A DNA stretch of 62,973 nucleotides, filler included, from Lenisia limosa (taxonomy: Eukaryota > Protista > Breviatea): the NCBI GenBank assembly GCA_001655205.1. It is 12 parts of 12 records of this genome, joined end to end, with 100 filler letters (N's around TTAATTAATTAA, not from the genome) between each part and the next. Parts side by side here need not be neighbours in the genome. Positions count along the whole stretch, not along the records: positions 45,811 to 50,663 come from LPNZ01007094.1; positions 50,764 to 59,033 come from LPNZ01004988.1; positions 59,134 to 60,566 come from LPNZ01004543.1; positions 60,667 to 62,973 come from LPNZ01000627.1; 8 more parts are not named here. One strand, 5' to 3'. The position numbers and the translations under genes were made by a program. The notes below the pieces were generated by a model, which did no database searches, was not told where the DNA came from, and saw only the letters and a program-made list of their open reading frames with translations. This document shows positions 50,641-62,973 of this stretch, piece after piece (positions within the stretch are counted from its first letter, which is position 1; each line of letters opens with the position of its first letter).

Positions 50641-50992
50641 TTTGTGCTTTATGTATTACCACCNNNNNNNNNNNNNNNNNNNNNNNNNNNNNNNNNNNNN
50701 NNNNNNNTTAATTAATTAANNNNNNNNNNNNNNNNNNNNNNNNNNNNNNNNNNNNNNNNNNNNCAAGCAATAACAAACATGAGCAACCAACGCTAAAACT
50801 AGACAAAAGCCAGATGACAAAAATACAAAAACAAAAACAAGCCCGAGTCAGGAAAATCTATCATGTCATTGTGTAAAATTGCTAAGCTTGGAAAGCAAGA
50901 TAAAAAAAAGACTATCAAATATTTGGATTTTTTAAAAAACAAAAACTGATATCAGTACTAATGAAAAACAAAAAATTGCACAGTCGGACATA

Positions 50993-53900
50993 CCGGTGGT
51001 TCCTGCGATGACCTTGCCATGCCAAGGTAAAACAAAGAGCACGCGACCGTCTGAGGTTTTCGCATCCAAAAGACCCATGTCTGGCGGACTGCGGTGTAAA
51101 TAAAACAAAAACAAGACTTATTAAATAGTGATTAGCACCATCGTTTATGGTATCCCTATTTGAATTCTTGTATCCTAAAATGTTCTGTATTTAATTGTTT
51201 TTTTTTCTCTCAAAAACATAAAGATTGTCTTGAGGAAAGAAGTCCCTTCAATGCATACCAGAACTTGCCGGGAAGAGTGATGTGTGCTCCCTTGGAAGGC
51301 TGGACAATGGTGGATTCCTTTGACATCGAACGAATCGAGTCTGAAGGAGAATGAGATCAGTTCCAATTCCCACACCAACACATTGACCCATGCAAGTGTT
51401 ATCAATAAGAAGGTCATAGTAAATAATATATATAGTGACTGTGGTCGTCTTGTTTGATTGTATCATTTTTCCCTTCAAAAACATTGGTCAAGACTTCCCA
51501 CGGTTAGTGTCATTATGTCTATACCATAACATTTTTAACATATCATAGGTCCACACAGCAGAAAAAAAACCCAGCAAAAATTACAAAAAAAAGAGATCTT
51601 GGAATACCTCCCCCCTCCCCTACCGGTGTAGGGTCCGGTGCAGTTCAGAATCACCTGGTTGGGAATCAATTGTGGGAAATGAACATCGGGGTTCAGAAAA
51701 AGATAAACGCAATTATCTTATCAGCACTGTCCCGTCCCCATCATCATCACCATCATCACATCATCATAATTCGACCACCACCATCATAATCATCAATCAC
51801 CCTCACCTTGGCCTTGACAATGGACGTCTTTCCAGAGAACTTGTCTGTGACTTCAGCGCCAATGGCTCTGCAGGGATTAATACTTCACAGAAGTTTTGAA
51901 CAAGTATAAAGTGTGATAATAACCAACAAGTGTAACACCCAAGAAGAAGCCCAGTATTCCCAGTTATTATCTGTATCTCAGATGGAGTGAGGCATTCCAA
52001 GCTTAAGCCCACGATTAAAGTGACTGTATGTTTGTGACTGTATGTTCACCAACAAGGATGACATGGACCCCAAAGTCACTTTCGGCTATTGGGAGCTGTC
52101 TGCTCCAGAAAACTCAATTGGGTGGTTCCCGCTATACCAAGTTGTGAAGGTCTTTTTTTTGAGTATGTTTTGACATTTGTAGGGAAAGAATCTTGAGAAT
52201 CAGGAAAAGGTGAAGTAGTCACGGAAAAACCTTTCTGCTGGTGCCAACCTGTTCCGTCATCTTGTGCCCTTTCTGAAGGAATACCCTTTGTTGGCTAAGT
52301 TTTTAATAACGTTATGGTTTTCAAAATATATAATTGAGTGATTTTATACAGCCCATCTTGCAAACAAAGACTCCCCTGGTGCCGCCTTTGCTACCATCAA
52401 CCAAAACCAGGGTAGGAATTGAGTTCTCTTCGAATTATCTCCCAATTAGTTTCTATCAAATTACATCTTTAGAAAACTAGATCCTAGTACCCGAGACACG
52501 ACCCACCCATCCCCATCCCCCCACCACTGCCAACTCCAGACGGTTTTGGCCACCTTCAAGTAAGTCAATCAATTATCTCAATCCATGCTCACATAGTGAA
52601 ACTATTTTGTGTAATAAAGGTAAATTAAAATTCCAGGTGCGCTATGGGCCAAAGTCCAGAACTCGCTGCTCTGTTTTGGTTAAAAACAAATTTTAGCTCT
52701 GTGATGGCTATTAAATAATCTGTGATCCTTTTTTTGATGATCTTCTTTTGGCAAAGAGTCCAAGAGGCTCAAAACACGGCATGTAAGGCTGCGTGCCCCA
52801 GTTCTTTAGTTTTGCAGTTATGTTTTTGTTTTGCCCCCCCTCCCCCTTCCNNNNNNNNNNNNNNNNNNNNNNNNNNNNNNNNNNNNNNNNNNNNNNNNNN
52901 NNNNNNNNNNNNNNNNNNNNNNNNNNNNNNNNNNNNNNNNNNNNNNNNNNNNNNNNNNNNNNNNNNNNNNNNNNNNNNNNNNNNNNNTTCACGATCTTCT
53001 CAATATTCTCTGATCTTTGACTCAATATAATTCCAATATTATCAATATTATCTGCACCCCTGGGCGTGATAAAAATTACAAAGTAGCGTTAAGAAAATGT
53101 TGAAGCCTGCCCCCAAGGACCCACTTTCCCTCGTCATTATGGATCAATCTAGTCATTTCAATGTAGTTGGCAATTTTGGCACCGGCGCGAGAGGCGTTGC
53201 GCGCCAAATCGTCAGCCATCAGCGCATCATCAAACTGGGAACATGAGAGAAGAGTGGAGAAACTGACAATGAAAATGTGAGAATAAAGCGGGGTGACTAT
53301 TAGAACATCTGTCCAAGTTTTGAATAGTATAGGCCCCCCTCTCTGTTAATGGTAACCTTATGTACTTTTCTTGTGATCTTATAATTTGATTTCATGGAGT
53401 ATACATTTGTTTCTTACTCTCACCCCCCCCCCCCNNNNNNNNNNNNNNNNNNNNNNNNNNNNNNNNNNNNNNNNNNNNNNNNNNNNNNNNNNNNNNNNNN
53501 NNNNNNNNNNNNNNNNNNNNNNNNNNNNNNNNNNNNNNNNNNNNNNNNNNNNNNNNNNNNNNNNNNNNNNNNNNNNNNNNNNNNNNNNNNNNNNNNNTCT
53601 TCCTTGAGACAGTGTAGGACGAGGACAGGCCTGAGGAGTGAGGCGAACAACGAGAGGAGAAACGACTAATCCTAAAGGCTTCAAATGTGATATAAACATG
53701 CTGAAATGGAGTTTTGTGGAGGCACTTAGAAAGCTGTGCTCACAAAAGTTGTAGAATTAATATCTATCATCCAATATTTCTTATAGGCGTGAACAACAAG
53801 AGGAGAAACGGATAGATGATGAATAGAAACCCCTCTTCCCCTCTACCACTTCCTCACCATTGAATCCCGAAATTACTCCGTTCACCATGNNNNNNNNNNN

Positions 53901-55280
53901 NNNNNNNNNNNNNNNNNNNNNNNNNNNNNNNNNNNNNNNNNNNNNNNNNNNNNNNNNNNNNNNNNNNNNNNNNNNNNNNNNNNNNNNNNNNNNNNNNNNN
54001 NNNNNNNNNNNNNNNNNNNNNNNNNNNNNNNNNNNNAAGAAAAGGTAAATAGAAATAAGTGAAAGGAAAATAAAGTATGAAGAATGAAGAATTCAAGAAT
54101 TAAGAAAAGAACATGTTCTAATCTACCCCTGCTTACATTTCTTTGATGGGGATCATGATGGGCAACTCATGGGCCAAATGGGGAGCGTTTTTCAGGAAGT
54201 TAAACCTTTCAGCGAGAGCCTCACGAACAAGCTGGTACTGTAGGCGATGAGAAATGTAACTGGTAACGTGTGAAAATACATGGCCCTCTAGAATGGAGCT
54301 AGTTTGTGTTGAGAAGAAGAAGGTTGCATGATTCATTGAAGAATTCACGTGCACACCCAAAATTAATCTTATTGACTCAAAATCAAAGAATTAAACTGAA
54401 CCCCAAGAAGGGCTTCAGTTTCGGTTCCAAAAAAATGAATTCTCGATACATCCTCTAAATATCGATATCTTACAGGTGTTTCGGAACCGAAAGTGAAGCT
54501 CTAGCCAAGACCCCTGACCTGGCCGTAGTCGAAGCCCAGAACCGCCTTCTCCAAATAACGCACTCCTCCATGGACCAACTGGGAGGTGAGCGGCAAAAGG
54601 CTAAGATGGAGATTAATAGCGAGGGAAAGTAAAGTCATGAAATAGTGGAAAATAATGATACTATTGAGATTGTGTAATAGCAAAGAAATACCTTTGTGCT
54701 CTTTGAGGATGTACAAGATGCAAAATCCGCTCTTTCAACAAGAGCACATTTCAACCCTGAATGCAAGTTAAAACACGGAGGCGGGGAGTTTTGTTTTAAA
54801 AAGTCTCTAAAAAGTGCTCAAATAAAATCATACTTAGTATATGATTGGCATTCTACGGTCCAATTCAAAAAATAGTAAAACTTGCTTATCTAGAGATGTA
54901 CGATTTAACCATGCATCAAAGCCCCGGGCACCTCTGGCAGAAGCCTCAAGAGCAGATCCTAGAAGGTGATTCCAGGGGGAAAAGGAGGAAAAGGGGCACC
55001 ACATACATACGTATCATGATATGAAGAAGGGTAACTATCCAAAAAAAAACCAAATATACTATTTAATATTTACTGAAAACATCGTTTTTTCCCAAAGCCA
55101 ACAACTATTCGCTACTTAAACATAAAAAGTACTCAGTAAAAAATGATAATTCTAAAGGAGTTACTGATGATAACGCATCAAAACCAACCAAGTCCGGATG
55201 CTCCACCTCCGATAATGAGGATATCCTGTTCCTCCTGGCTCATTGCCTCAATGTTTTCTTCTCTTGACAAAGTTGAGACC
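50993..55280 (-). CDS. GPD2: Mitochondrial FAD-dependent glycerol-3-phosphate dehydrogenase, 3' truncated
   Basis: Exons in order: DILIIGGGASGL, GSALEASAR, GLKCALVERADFASCTSSKSTK, LVHGGVRYLEKAV, LVREALAERFNFLKNAPHL, GAKIANYIEM, VILNCTGPYT, DSIRSM...SKGAHITLP and MGLLDAKTSDGRVLFVLPWHGKVIAGTT. Confidence 0.95.
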
Positions 55281-56118
55281 CTAGAAGAGTCATGTGGCGT
55301 GTTACTAAAAGGAAGTAACCAACTTTGGGGGGAAATGCGGCTCGAAACGGCCCATTATGTTCTGTAAGAACGTTGAACTTGATATTAGCTTCTCTAACAT
55401 ACTTCTGAAAAGGCTTGTTTGTCCAAAAGAGGGAATAAAATGTTTCCGAAATTAGATTCTATAAAAGCAAAAGGCAGGAGAAGAATCATGAAAACCTCAG
55501 TGAAAACAATAATACGGCAGTGCTTGAAACATTCTTGCAAGGCAAATTAGGAGAATAAGTTGGAGTAAGAGGAGTGTGTTGTTTTGATATTCTTGAAATT
55601 GTACATGGACCCTCCAACAACACCGCTGCTTTACTTGCCTTTGTTTTTCCATTTTGTTTATACACTACAGATTTGTCGGAGTTTGAGAGCGTTTTCGCGG
55701 TCCTTCTTCCCGCCTCCTTTTCAAGATGGGAATGGGTCCGAATGATATCCCTGCTGAGCGCTACTGGGGCTATGTCCCACGTGAGGGGACAAAGAAGGAG
55801 CTGCAAGACTTCAAAAGACGTGAGCAGGGCTGATACTGGTGAATTATATCGCGTTTATATCGCATCTTTTATCGAATTGCATAGTGTTCATATCTATCCT
55901 ATTATCGATAACCCTTTCCAGGACAGTTCAAGGAGCGAATCGAAAAAAATACTGAGTTTGAATTTGAGGAGTATTCACAACAGGAAGTTTGTGGGTATAC
56001 TTCTGAAACTTAAGTTGAAAGTAACACTTGTGCTTTTTAGTGATACCATAAAACTAAATCAGTGTGTTTGAACTGGACTACTTTGTCATATCACTATCAC
56101 TTTCTGTCATTCCATTTC

Positions 56119-59033
56119 AGCGCATAAGAATGTCTGATATTCTGGAGAGACCTCCTGTGCAAGATGACTTGTTCGTTTTTGTGCGTTTTGGGCTGGAGGT
56201 TGTGAAGGAAATTGTCGAAGCGGAAGAAGGAGCGTTGAAAAAAGTCGACCCTAACGTGAGCAGTTTTGCTCTTGGTTCTTCGCTTTTGTTTGTATATTAC
56301 CTTTTGTAGGACAGTGACATCCAATATACTATCAACATGATTGTGTGAATGGATTTGACCTACAATTTGACGTTTTTGTATTTTTGTTTTTTATTAGTTT
56401 TTAGTTTATGATTTTTGTCATTGATCAATCTGCGTAAACACTCATTGCTTTAGGGGCTCACCTGCCTGCACTACTGCGCGGACTTAGACCAGATAGAAGT
56501 GGCAGAGTATCTCATTGCTCACGGCGCTGACGTTAATGACAATAATAATCGATTCGTGGGGGGGGGGGGGGANNNNNNNNNNNNNNNNNNNNNNNNNNNN
56601 NNNNNNNNNNNNNNNNNNNNNNNNNNNNNNNNNNNNNNNNNNNNNNNNNNNNNNNNNNNNNNNNNNNNNNNNNNNNNNNNNNNNNNNNNNNNNNNNNNNN
56701 NNNNNNNNNNNNNNNNNNNNNNNNNNNNTACATGGCCATGACCCAAGGAAACTATGAGTTCATCGAATTTCTAGCCAAGAATAATGCTGACTTCAATAAG
56801 TGTCCAAGAGATTCGGTAGGCTATCGCATTCATTCATCATTAGCAATAAGTTTATAAATTTAAAGAAAATCAATTGTTAACCCCACATCAAACTCTCTAA
56901 TCATAGTTATATCATCTGTTCTCTTTATGTTATAGCATATCAACGTTATGTATCATCACAATTATCACACTCGCCAGCAAACCTCCGCCGCCATCATGGC
57001 ACAACAATGGGGTAAGAATCGCCTAGCCAAGCATTTGGTCAAACTTGGCGCTGACCCCTCGCAAGAAGATGAATTTGTAGGGGAGGGTTAATTACATTTA
57101 ATGTGAGCAAGAACACCATTATGGCTCCGTGCAATTAATTTTTGAAGAAATTATTTGGCAAAAAGTGTCTGAAATTGAGTTTACTTTACAATATGTTGCA
57201 CTTCAAATTTTGCAATTATATTTTCAATTAATTGCACAGAGCCCTTAATATTATTAATTACTTCATTCCTGAACAAATCAAGATCATTTGGCGGTTATGT
57301 TCATGGTCGGAAAACAATGTAATTAGGACTTCCCTGCAGTCCGAAAAAGACCAGTGAAACATCGATATTTATCGAGAATTTATCCAGGAATTCAATCGTT
57401 TTTGGGACCGTAGATATTCCCTACATGCAATATTATCGTATTGCCTATAGCACTATATATTTGGAGAGGTTACTCCCCAAAAATTATGAGATGAAGTAGT
57501 GGGTCGTACAGCTTGTGACCATTTAGGGCAACACAATGGCCTACTACTTGACAGACAACAGTGAAGATCTTTTGGAGTACCTTATCACAAAGGGCCTGGA
57601 TATCAACCATTTGAACAAGGATGTGGGAAGTGCACTTATTGGACTTTCGGAGAAACATTTGCATTGCAATATTCATAATTAACGTTCACGCTTCTACTCC
57701 CTCAGGGGACCAACCTGGTGTCTAAAATCTATTATTTCTCGATAAGTCTTCAATAACTACTGTTTTTCCACATAGTTTTTCAGGAGAGGAATAGACTCAT
57801 TCTGTTGAAAATTATCCTGATTATTTTGAACTTGGTAGCATAAATCCAAACCCAACAACATTGGAAGGTGACATATTTCTCGAGTCTGACACTGCAGAAC
57901 AAAACCCCCATAGACTATTACATTCTCAACTCCAATGGTCCCGGCTACAACTCGCTCTGCTCTCAGAAAGGCGTCCTCAACTCTTTCGACGTGGGTCACA
58001 TTCTCATTCTGGATACCTTACTATTAAATCTCTTCTATGCCTTTTCCGTTCTGTATTGATACCAATATCACGTACTATATTCAGTGACTAGACCTATTTT
58101 CCTTGGGAAATCACAGAGCAAATCGGTCAAGAATTTTCCGGGTCACTGTATGTAGACACTATTGAGCAAATGTGAAATGATAAAAACTTCGATAAATACA
58201 TAACAATATTTCTCCATCCTGTTTTCAGACTGATGTGAGTCTATGTTACCACTCGTTTCACTGTCTTTTCATGAGCAATTTTGATTTTCAGTACGTGTAA
58301 TGAAGCAATAAGAATTATATGCGAATATTTATTCATTCTCACTGGTCTTCCCTACGGACCGAAAAAGACAATAACGATATTTACGAGGATTCATCGAGAA
58401 ATTTGTTCTTTTTTGGTACCGAAGGGAAGCCCTAATTCTCATACAACGTGACTTCAACCTGAACCTTTAAAAAAACTCATTTCCGCACAGGCCATGCGGC
58501 AAAAGGGGCTTTTGGGTGAGGAAGACACGGGCAAGTCCTTTGCTGAAAGTCTTGCTGAGGTGAGAGCACTACTCGATTAAATTTTCCTCTTATTATGTCG
58601 TCACCATGTATGAAAATAACTCAACAATGCCTTGTTTTTGGGGCTTCGCCCTACTTGTATGACCATTAGATGCTCCCTTCAATGCTGGGTGAACTGAACT
58701 TTGAAAAAATTGCTGAAGATGTTGGGGGGGGGGGGNNNNNNNNNNNNNNNNNNNNNNNNNNNNNNNNNNNNNNNNNNNNNNNNNNNNNNNNNNNNNNNNN
58801 NNNNNNNNNNNNNNNNNNNNNNNNNNNNNNNNNNNNACCCTTGTGTGTGTCAAATATTGGGCTTAAAATTGTGGTTTTCATTTTTTGCTTAAATTTTACC
58901 CTCCCACACCCACCAGGCCACACGCATTGACAGCGATGATGAAATGGAGATCGCCACCATCACGGGCAAGCTGGAGAGGGAAGAAGCACGGCGATCTATT
59001 AAGCGACGCAAGGCCAAAGTTAAGGAAACGTCT
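56119..59033 (+). CDS. Ankyrin-repeat protein
   Basis: GLTCLHYCADLDQIEVAEYLIAHGADVN, YMAMTQGNYEFIEFLAKNNADFN and AKHLVKLGADPSQEDEF|NKTPIDY, followed by charged C-terminal exons up to the scaffold end. Confidence 0.85.
57120..57246. mobile_element. hAT-type MITE, family A3 (GGCTCCGTGCAATTAATT TIR, different core)
   Basis: TATGGCTCCGTGCAATTAATT / AATTAATTGCACAGAGCCCTT; flanks aacaccat / aatattat (5/8, all differences C/T). Related right ends at about 23830-23850 and 26790-26812. Confidence 0.7.
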
Positions 59034-59304
59034 NNNNNNNNNNNNNNNNNNNNNNNNNNNNNNNNNNNNNNNNNNNNTTAATTAATTAANNNNNNNNNNN
59101 NNNNNNNNNNNNNNNNNNNNNNNNNNNNNNNNNGATGGAGATATATACGTTTCTGTGGCTATGGTTTTATATTGGGGTTTGGGGTATATTTGCGTGAGTT
59201 TGGAGGGTACAAGCAAACAAATGGTTGGGTTAGTTTTGAAACATAAAAATCTAGTCTGAATTATTTCATTGCATCATATTTCCCTACTATTTCACGTTTA
59301 AAGG

Positions 59305-60545
59305 GACCTTCTCTTCGGTCTATGAAGGTGCTCCCATTCAGAACAGCAACGCCCATCCAAACAGAAGAGTAGCGGTCAAAGTCATACAGGTTGGGGGGTG
59401 AGGGAGTAAAACGAAGGAATTTTCGGTAAAGAATATTGGCGTAAAGGTACTAATCACGAACCGAATAATATATAACTCCAAACAAACCAAAAAAACAAGC
59501 ATAACAAACGCGAGCAACCAGAGCGAAAACAAGTTAGGGGTGAGAAGGAGGTCGAGTTGGCAATGTAAGCATTCTCTATAGACATGGATTCGATACTCTG
59601 TTCAGTCTTAACAAATTCACCTTGCCCCAAAAATATATAACGTGGGGGNNNNNNNNNNNNNNNNNNNNNNNNNNNNNNNNNNNNNNNNNNNNNNNNNNNN
59701 NNNNNNNNNNNNNNNNNNNNNNNNNNNNNNNNNNNNNNNNNNNNNNNNNNNNNNNNNNNNNNNNNNNNNNNNNNNNNNNNNNNNNNNNNNNNNNNNNNNN
59801 NNNNNNNNNNNNNNNNNNTCCTTCGAAAGAGTCACTTCAGAAGCCCAGCTCCTAGCACTCCTTGGGTGGGTCGTGGTTTTGGAGTTTGGGTTTATGCTAG
59901 CGTCTCAGGACTTTCTGCAACGTACAGTGGAAAACATCATATACTGATGCTTAACGAAGGTTGTGATGAGACGATAGTAATCGTATCTAGAAGGCCTTTT
60001 TATGGCACTTAGTGTTACGATATCAATATCTCTCAAGCTTGATGTAGAAATGTCTTTGGCCCGATTCAGTATTTCGTTTCTCATTTAATACACCACCAAA
60101 GGGGGCGCTGCAACGTGATTCCGCTCCTTCAGATCCACCCCTTACAGGGCCGAATAAGCCTGGTCCTCCCCCAATACCCACATGTCGATTTCAAGGTTTG
60201 TTGCCTTAGGTATTAAAGGAGTCATCATCGGGCTTCCCTACGATCCGAAAAGGGTCAAATATCGATATTTATCGAGGATTTATGGAGAAATTCAGTCTGT
60301 CTTGGGTCTGTAGGGAAGCCCTACATATGAATTTTTCAAGGTTTTGAGAAATGCCAATTAGCGCAGTGATATATTATAGGACATGTCATATTAATCTGCA
60401 ATATTGTTATATCATATCATGTGTACAACCCCACCCGCTGACCCCCAAAGGACTTCTTCTCTGAAGTTGAGCAGAGGCCTTATCTCCTGACCTCATACTT
60501 TCGGTCCCTACTTCAGGCCCTTGCGTGGTGCGAAGTTCATAATGT
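59305..60545 (+). CDS. Ser/Thr protein kinase N-lobe, CDC7-like, both ends truncated
   Basis: GTFSSVYEG...RRVAVKVIQ (glycine loop and VAxK). ISLVLPQYPHVDFK|DFFSEV...YFRSLLQALAWCEVHNV resembles Cdc7 VLPYYPHEEFRTFY...ELLRALKFVH. Kinase identity is firm; the subfamily is tentative. Confidence 0.7.
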
Positions 60546-60737
60546 CAGGGGGGGGGGGGGCAAAATNNNNNNNNNNNNNNNNNNNNNNNNNNNNNNNNNN
60601 NNNNNNNNNNTTAATTAATTAANNNNNNNNNNNNNNNNNNNNNNNNNNNNNNNNNNNNNNNNNNNNTCTACCTGGCTTTCTCTCTTTTTTTTGAATTTCT
60701 TTCTTTTTCACACTATCACCATTTGTCACACTTTAGG

Positions 60738-62788
60738 ACTTACGACTGGAATGTAATCTTCAAACTGTTGACGTCTTTGGTCAACTCCCAACAGGTGCGT
60801 GTAAAATTCACTACCTCTTAATTAAGGCTTCGCTCAGATCCCTAAAATGACTATATTTTCAGTCACTACCAATTATGCTGTCATCCAATATCCCTTATAA
60901 GCGTGATGGTTGGCCAGATGCAACCTTTAAATCTCATTGCTATTATTATGACTATGGTTTTATTCAGATCCCTACAATGACTCCCTTTTCCGTTACTACT
61001 AGCACTTCACTTCATTTCGAAAAAGACTGAATTTTTCGATAAATCCTTGAAAACTTTCAATAGTGAAGCCCTAATTATGACTTGAGCTTCACTCCGACTA
61101 TAATGACTCCCTTTTCAGGTATCCAGTGAGGCTGTTGAGCTCATCAGCTGCGTGTTAAAGACTGCGTTTTCGGTCACGTTCAAACCGACTGAGCATTCAA
61201 AATGTGGGTGTTGTGAAGGGCGGCACTGATTATTCAAAACGCCCGACTCCCCTGTTCAGTGGCCTTCTTTTCGTTGAAATTTGACTGCGTTTTGTGCCAA
61301 TGTTTACCAGGAAATGTTACAATATTTACCAGAATTGCATTAAGCATCATGATTTGCCAGCAAATTTAGTGCAATCAGTATCAATATTTACCAGGAAAGT
61401 TAACTGCATTTAGCCTCGACGTCGCGAATTGACACCGACGAGTCGTATCTCAAACTGCCGCGAATCGTTTTTCAAGGCAGCTATGTAGCAGCACGCGAGG
61501 TAGGGTGCGTCGTTATAATTAGGGCTTCACTTTGGCTCTTTGACCTGGGCTGCCAGAGAAGCGACTGGCCCTCCAAAACTACCGACATTTTTTCGGTCTT
61601 TTTGATACCAAAGTGATAATTGTGTTGTCCTAAGAATGGCCGTCAAATATGTGATATACTGTGTAATATATACTATCTCAAATTTTTGAGGTGAGGGGGT
61701 CGCAAACATATACATATATTTACATGATAAATAAGAGGAGGAGGTGGAGGTCTCAGATATGCATGTTTGCTAAAACACCTCTTCTAAGTATTTAGGCGGC
61801 GTTTGAGTACAGTGCCAAGCTACATGACACTATGCTACCGCACCTCGCGTCTGCGTTCGATACGAGTGGGAAGGGGGGTTTGTTGTTGTTATCCCTGCGG
61901 TCCGAAAAAGACTGGTAAAATATCGATATTTATCGAGAATTTATCGAGACATTCAGTCGTTTTTGGGACTATCGTGAAACCCTAGCTGTTGGAGATGGTT
62001 CATGCTTTCTTTGTTTCTTTGGGGGTCAGCAAATACCACAAAAAGCGTCCTGTCGCTAACTTGTTTAGCTTGCAGTGAAAACCTGATTACCTTCCCAAAG
62101 CCTGCAACAGACGCGGCTCTTAAGGTCCGCGAGGGGGTGATTGTTTTGGCTTCACTTCGGTTCAATAAAAGTCTGAATTTCTAGTTTCAATAAAGACTTA
62201 CCAACACAAATAAAAAACAGTTGCTCGCCTTACCTCTTCAGATTCTCAACCGAGACTTTCGCGATCGAACGGGTGAAACGATTCTTGCTCGATGCCTGTC
62301 GTTGTGCCGGGAAATTCAGTCGACTGGTGGGGGGTTGTGCCAGCGTACGGGACCGCCCTTGGAAGAGCCTCAACAAAAAGTCTCGACCCATCCCTCCCGC
62401 CATGTTCTCAAGGGACATTTTATCTTTTTATTGGATTCTTTACAATCTGACCAGCCAACAGAGATGATTTTGGGCTTGTTTTTTGTTTCATACATTTCCA
62501 ATTTTACCCCTCTTCCTCATTAGGACGCATGGTGATATCATTAAAGGAACTGGCCGCCCCTATTCTAACTGAAGTGTCCGGCTTGAAGGAGGTGCGTATA
62601 TTAACCCATCTACTAGTGATATGATCATGACCTCACCCCACCACCACTTACTCACTTCCTCCCCATAGCTTGGCTCTTATACCCTTGACAACGCGACGCA
62701 ACTCGGGATCCAAGCCTTGAGGGAGTGCACCACTCATGCCATGTCCCTTCTTCCTGCCTACCTGTCACCTGATGTGGGAATGGGGGTT
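60738..62788 (+). CDS. Alpha-helical (HEAT/ARM-like) hypothetical protein fragment
   Basis: Canonical exons TYDWNVIFKLLTSLVNSQQ, ILNRDFRDRTGETILARCLSLCREIQSTG, GRMVISLKELAAPILTEVSGLKE and LGSYTLDNATQLGIQALRECTTHAMSLLPAY. Confidence 0.45.
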
Positions 62789-62973
62789 ACGGCAGGAGGC
62801 GGTTTGATAAAAGACTGAATTTCTCGATAAGTCCTTAATTACTATCGATATTTTACTGATTGTTTTTTTTTTAATATGGGGATGGCGGGCGGGGGGTAGA
62901 TTGTGTGATTAGATTATTTGTATGTATGTACATGTATCTATTAATGATAGATAGCTAATATATAGATTGTATG

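Noticed and set aside
43520-52210. Stop-codon reassignment suggested by in-frame TGA (43523) and TAG (about 52207)
   Set aside because: Both lie in degenerate sequences; intact genes appear to end in TAA (1391), TAG (17561) and TGA (22721), and conserved exons have no internal stops.
57470-57999. Second possible nested minus-strand gene in the ankyrin intron
   Set aside because: Short ORFs without recognisable motifs or a consistent splice chain; too weak to call.

Overview
Eukaryotic, AT-rich, very intron-dense nuclear DNA, probably from a protist; the organism cannot be named from sequence alone. The window is not one locus. It is 11 short scaffolds joined by an artificial 100-bp linker (44 N + TTAATTAATTAA + 44 N), with further N gaps that mostly sit beside G/C homopolymers. 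Genes were read by eye as short GT-AG exons, because the ORF track is largely uninformative here. Recognisable genes: a CCP5/AGBL5-like M14 carboxypeptidase, a thioredoxin-fold protein, an ABCD-type ABC transporter, an ERMP1-like M28 peptidase, an eIF4B-like protein, a multi-IQ protein, mitochondrial FAD glycerol-3-phosphate dehydrogenase (GPD2), an ankyrin-repeat protein, a CDC7-like kinase and tRNA-Val(AAC). Several hypothetical genes are also present. Introns are packed with short repeats: (A) about 30 hAT-type MITEs with TAGGG termini and 8-bp TSDs, (B) a hairpin-cored repeat of about 150 bp, (C) a TIR-less repeat of about 170 bp with a c(UUCG)g hairpin, (D) tiny Tc1-like CAGTG...CACTG MITEs, and one 1.6-kb pogo-like transposon. 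The best candidate for an undescribed system is the intron architecture. G-runs follow donors and C-runs precede acceptors on the sense strand. Family B is almost always sense-oriented, with its 3' end next to the acceptor AG, as if it delivers or targets the 3' splice-site region. Exon boundaries and copy counts are manual estimates.
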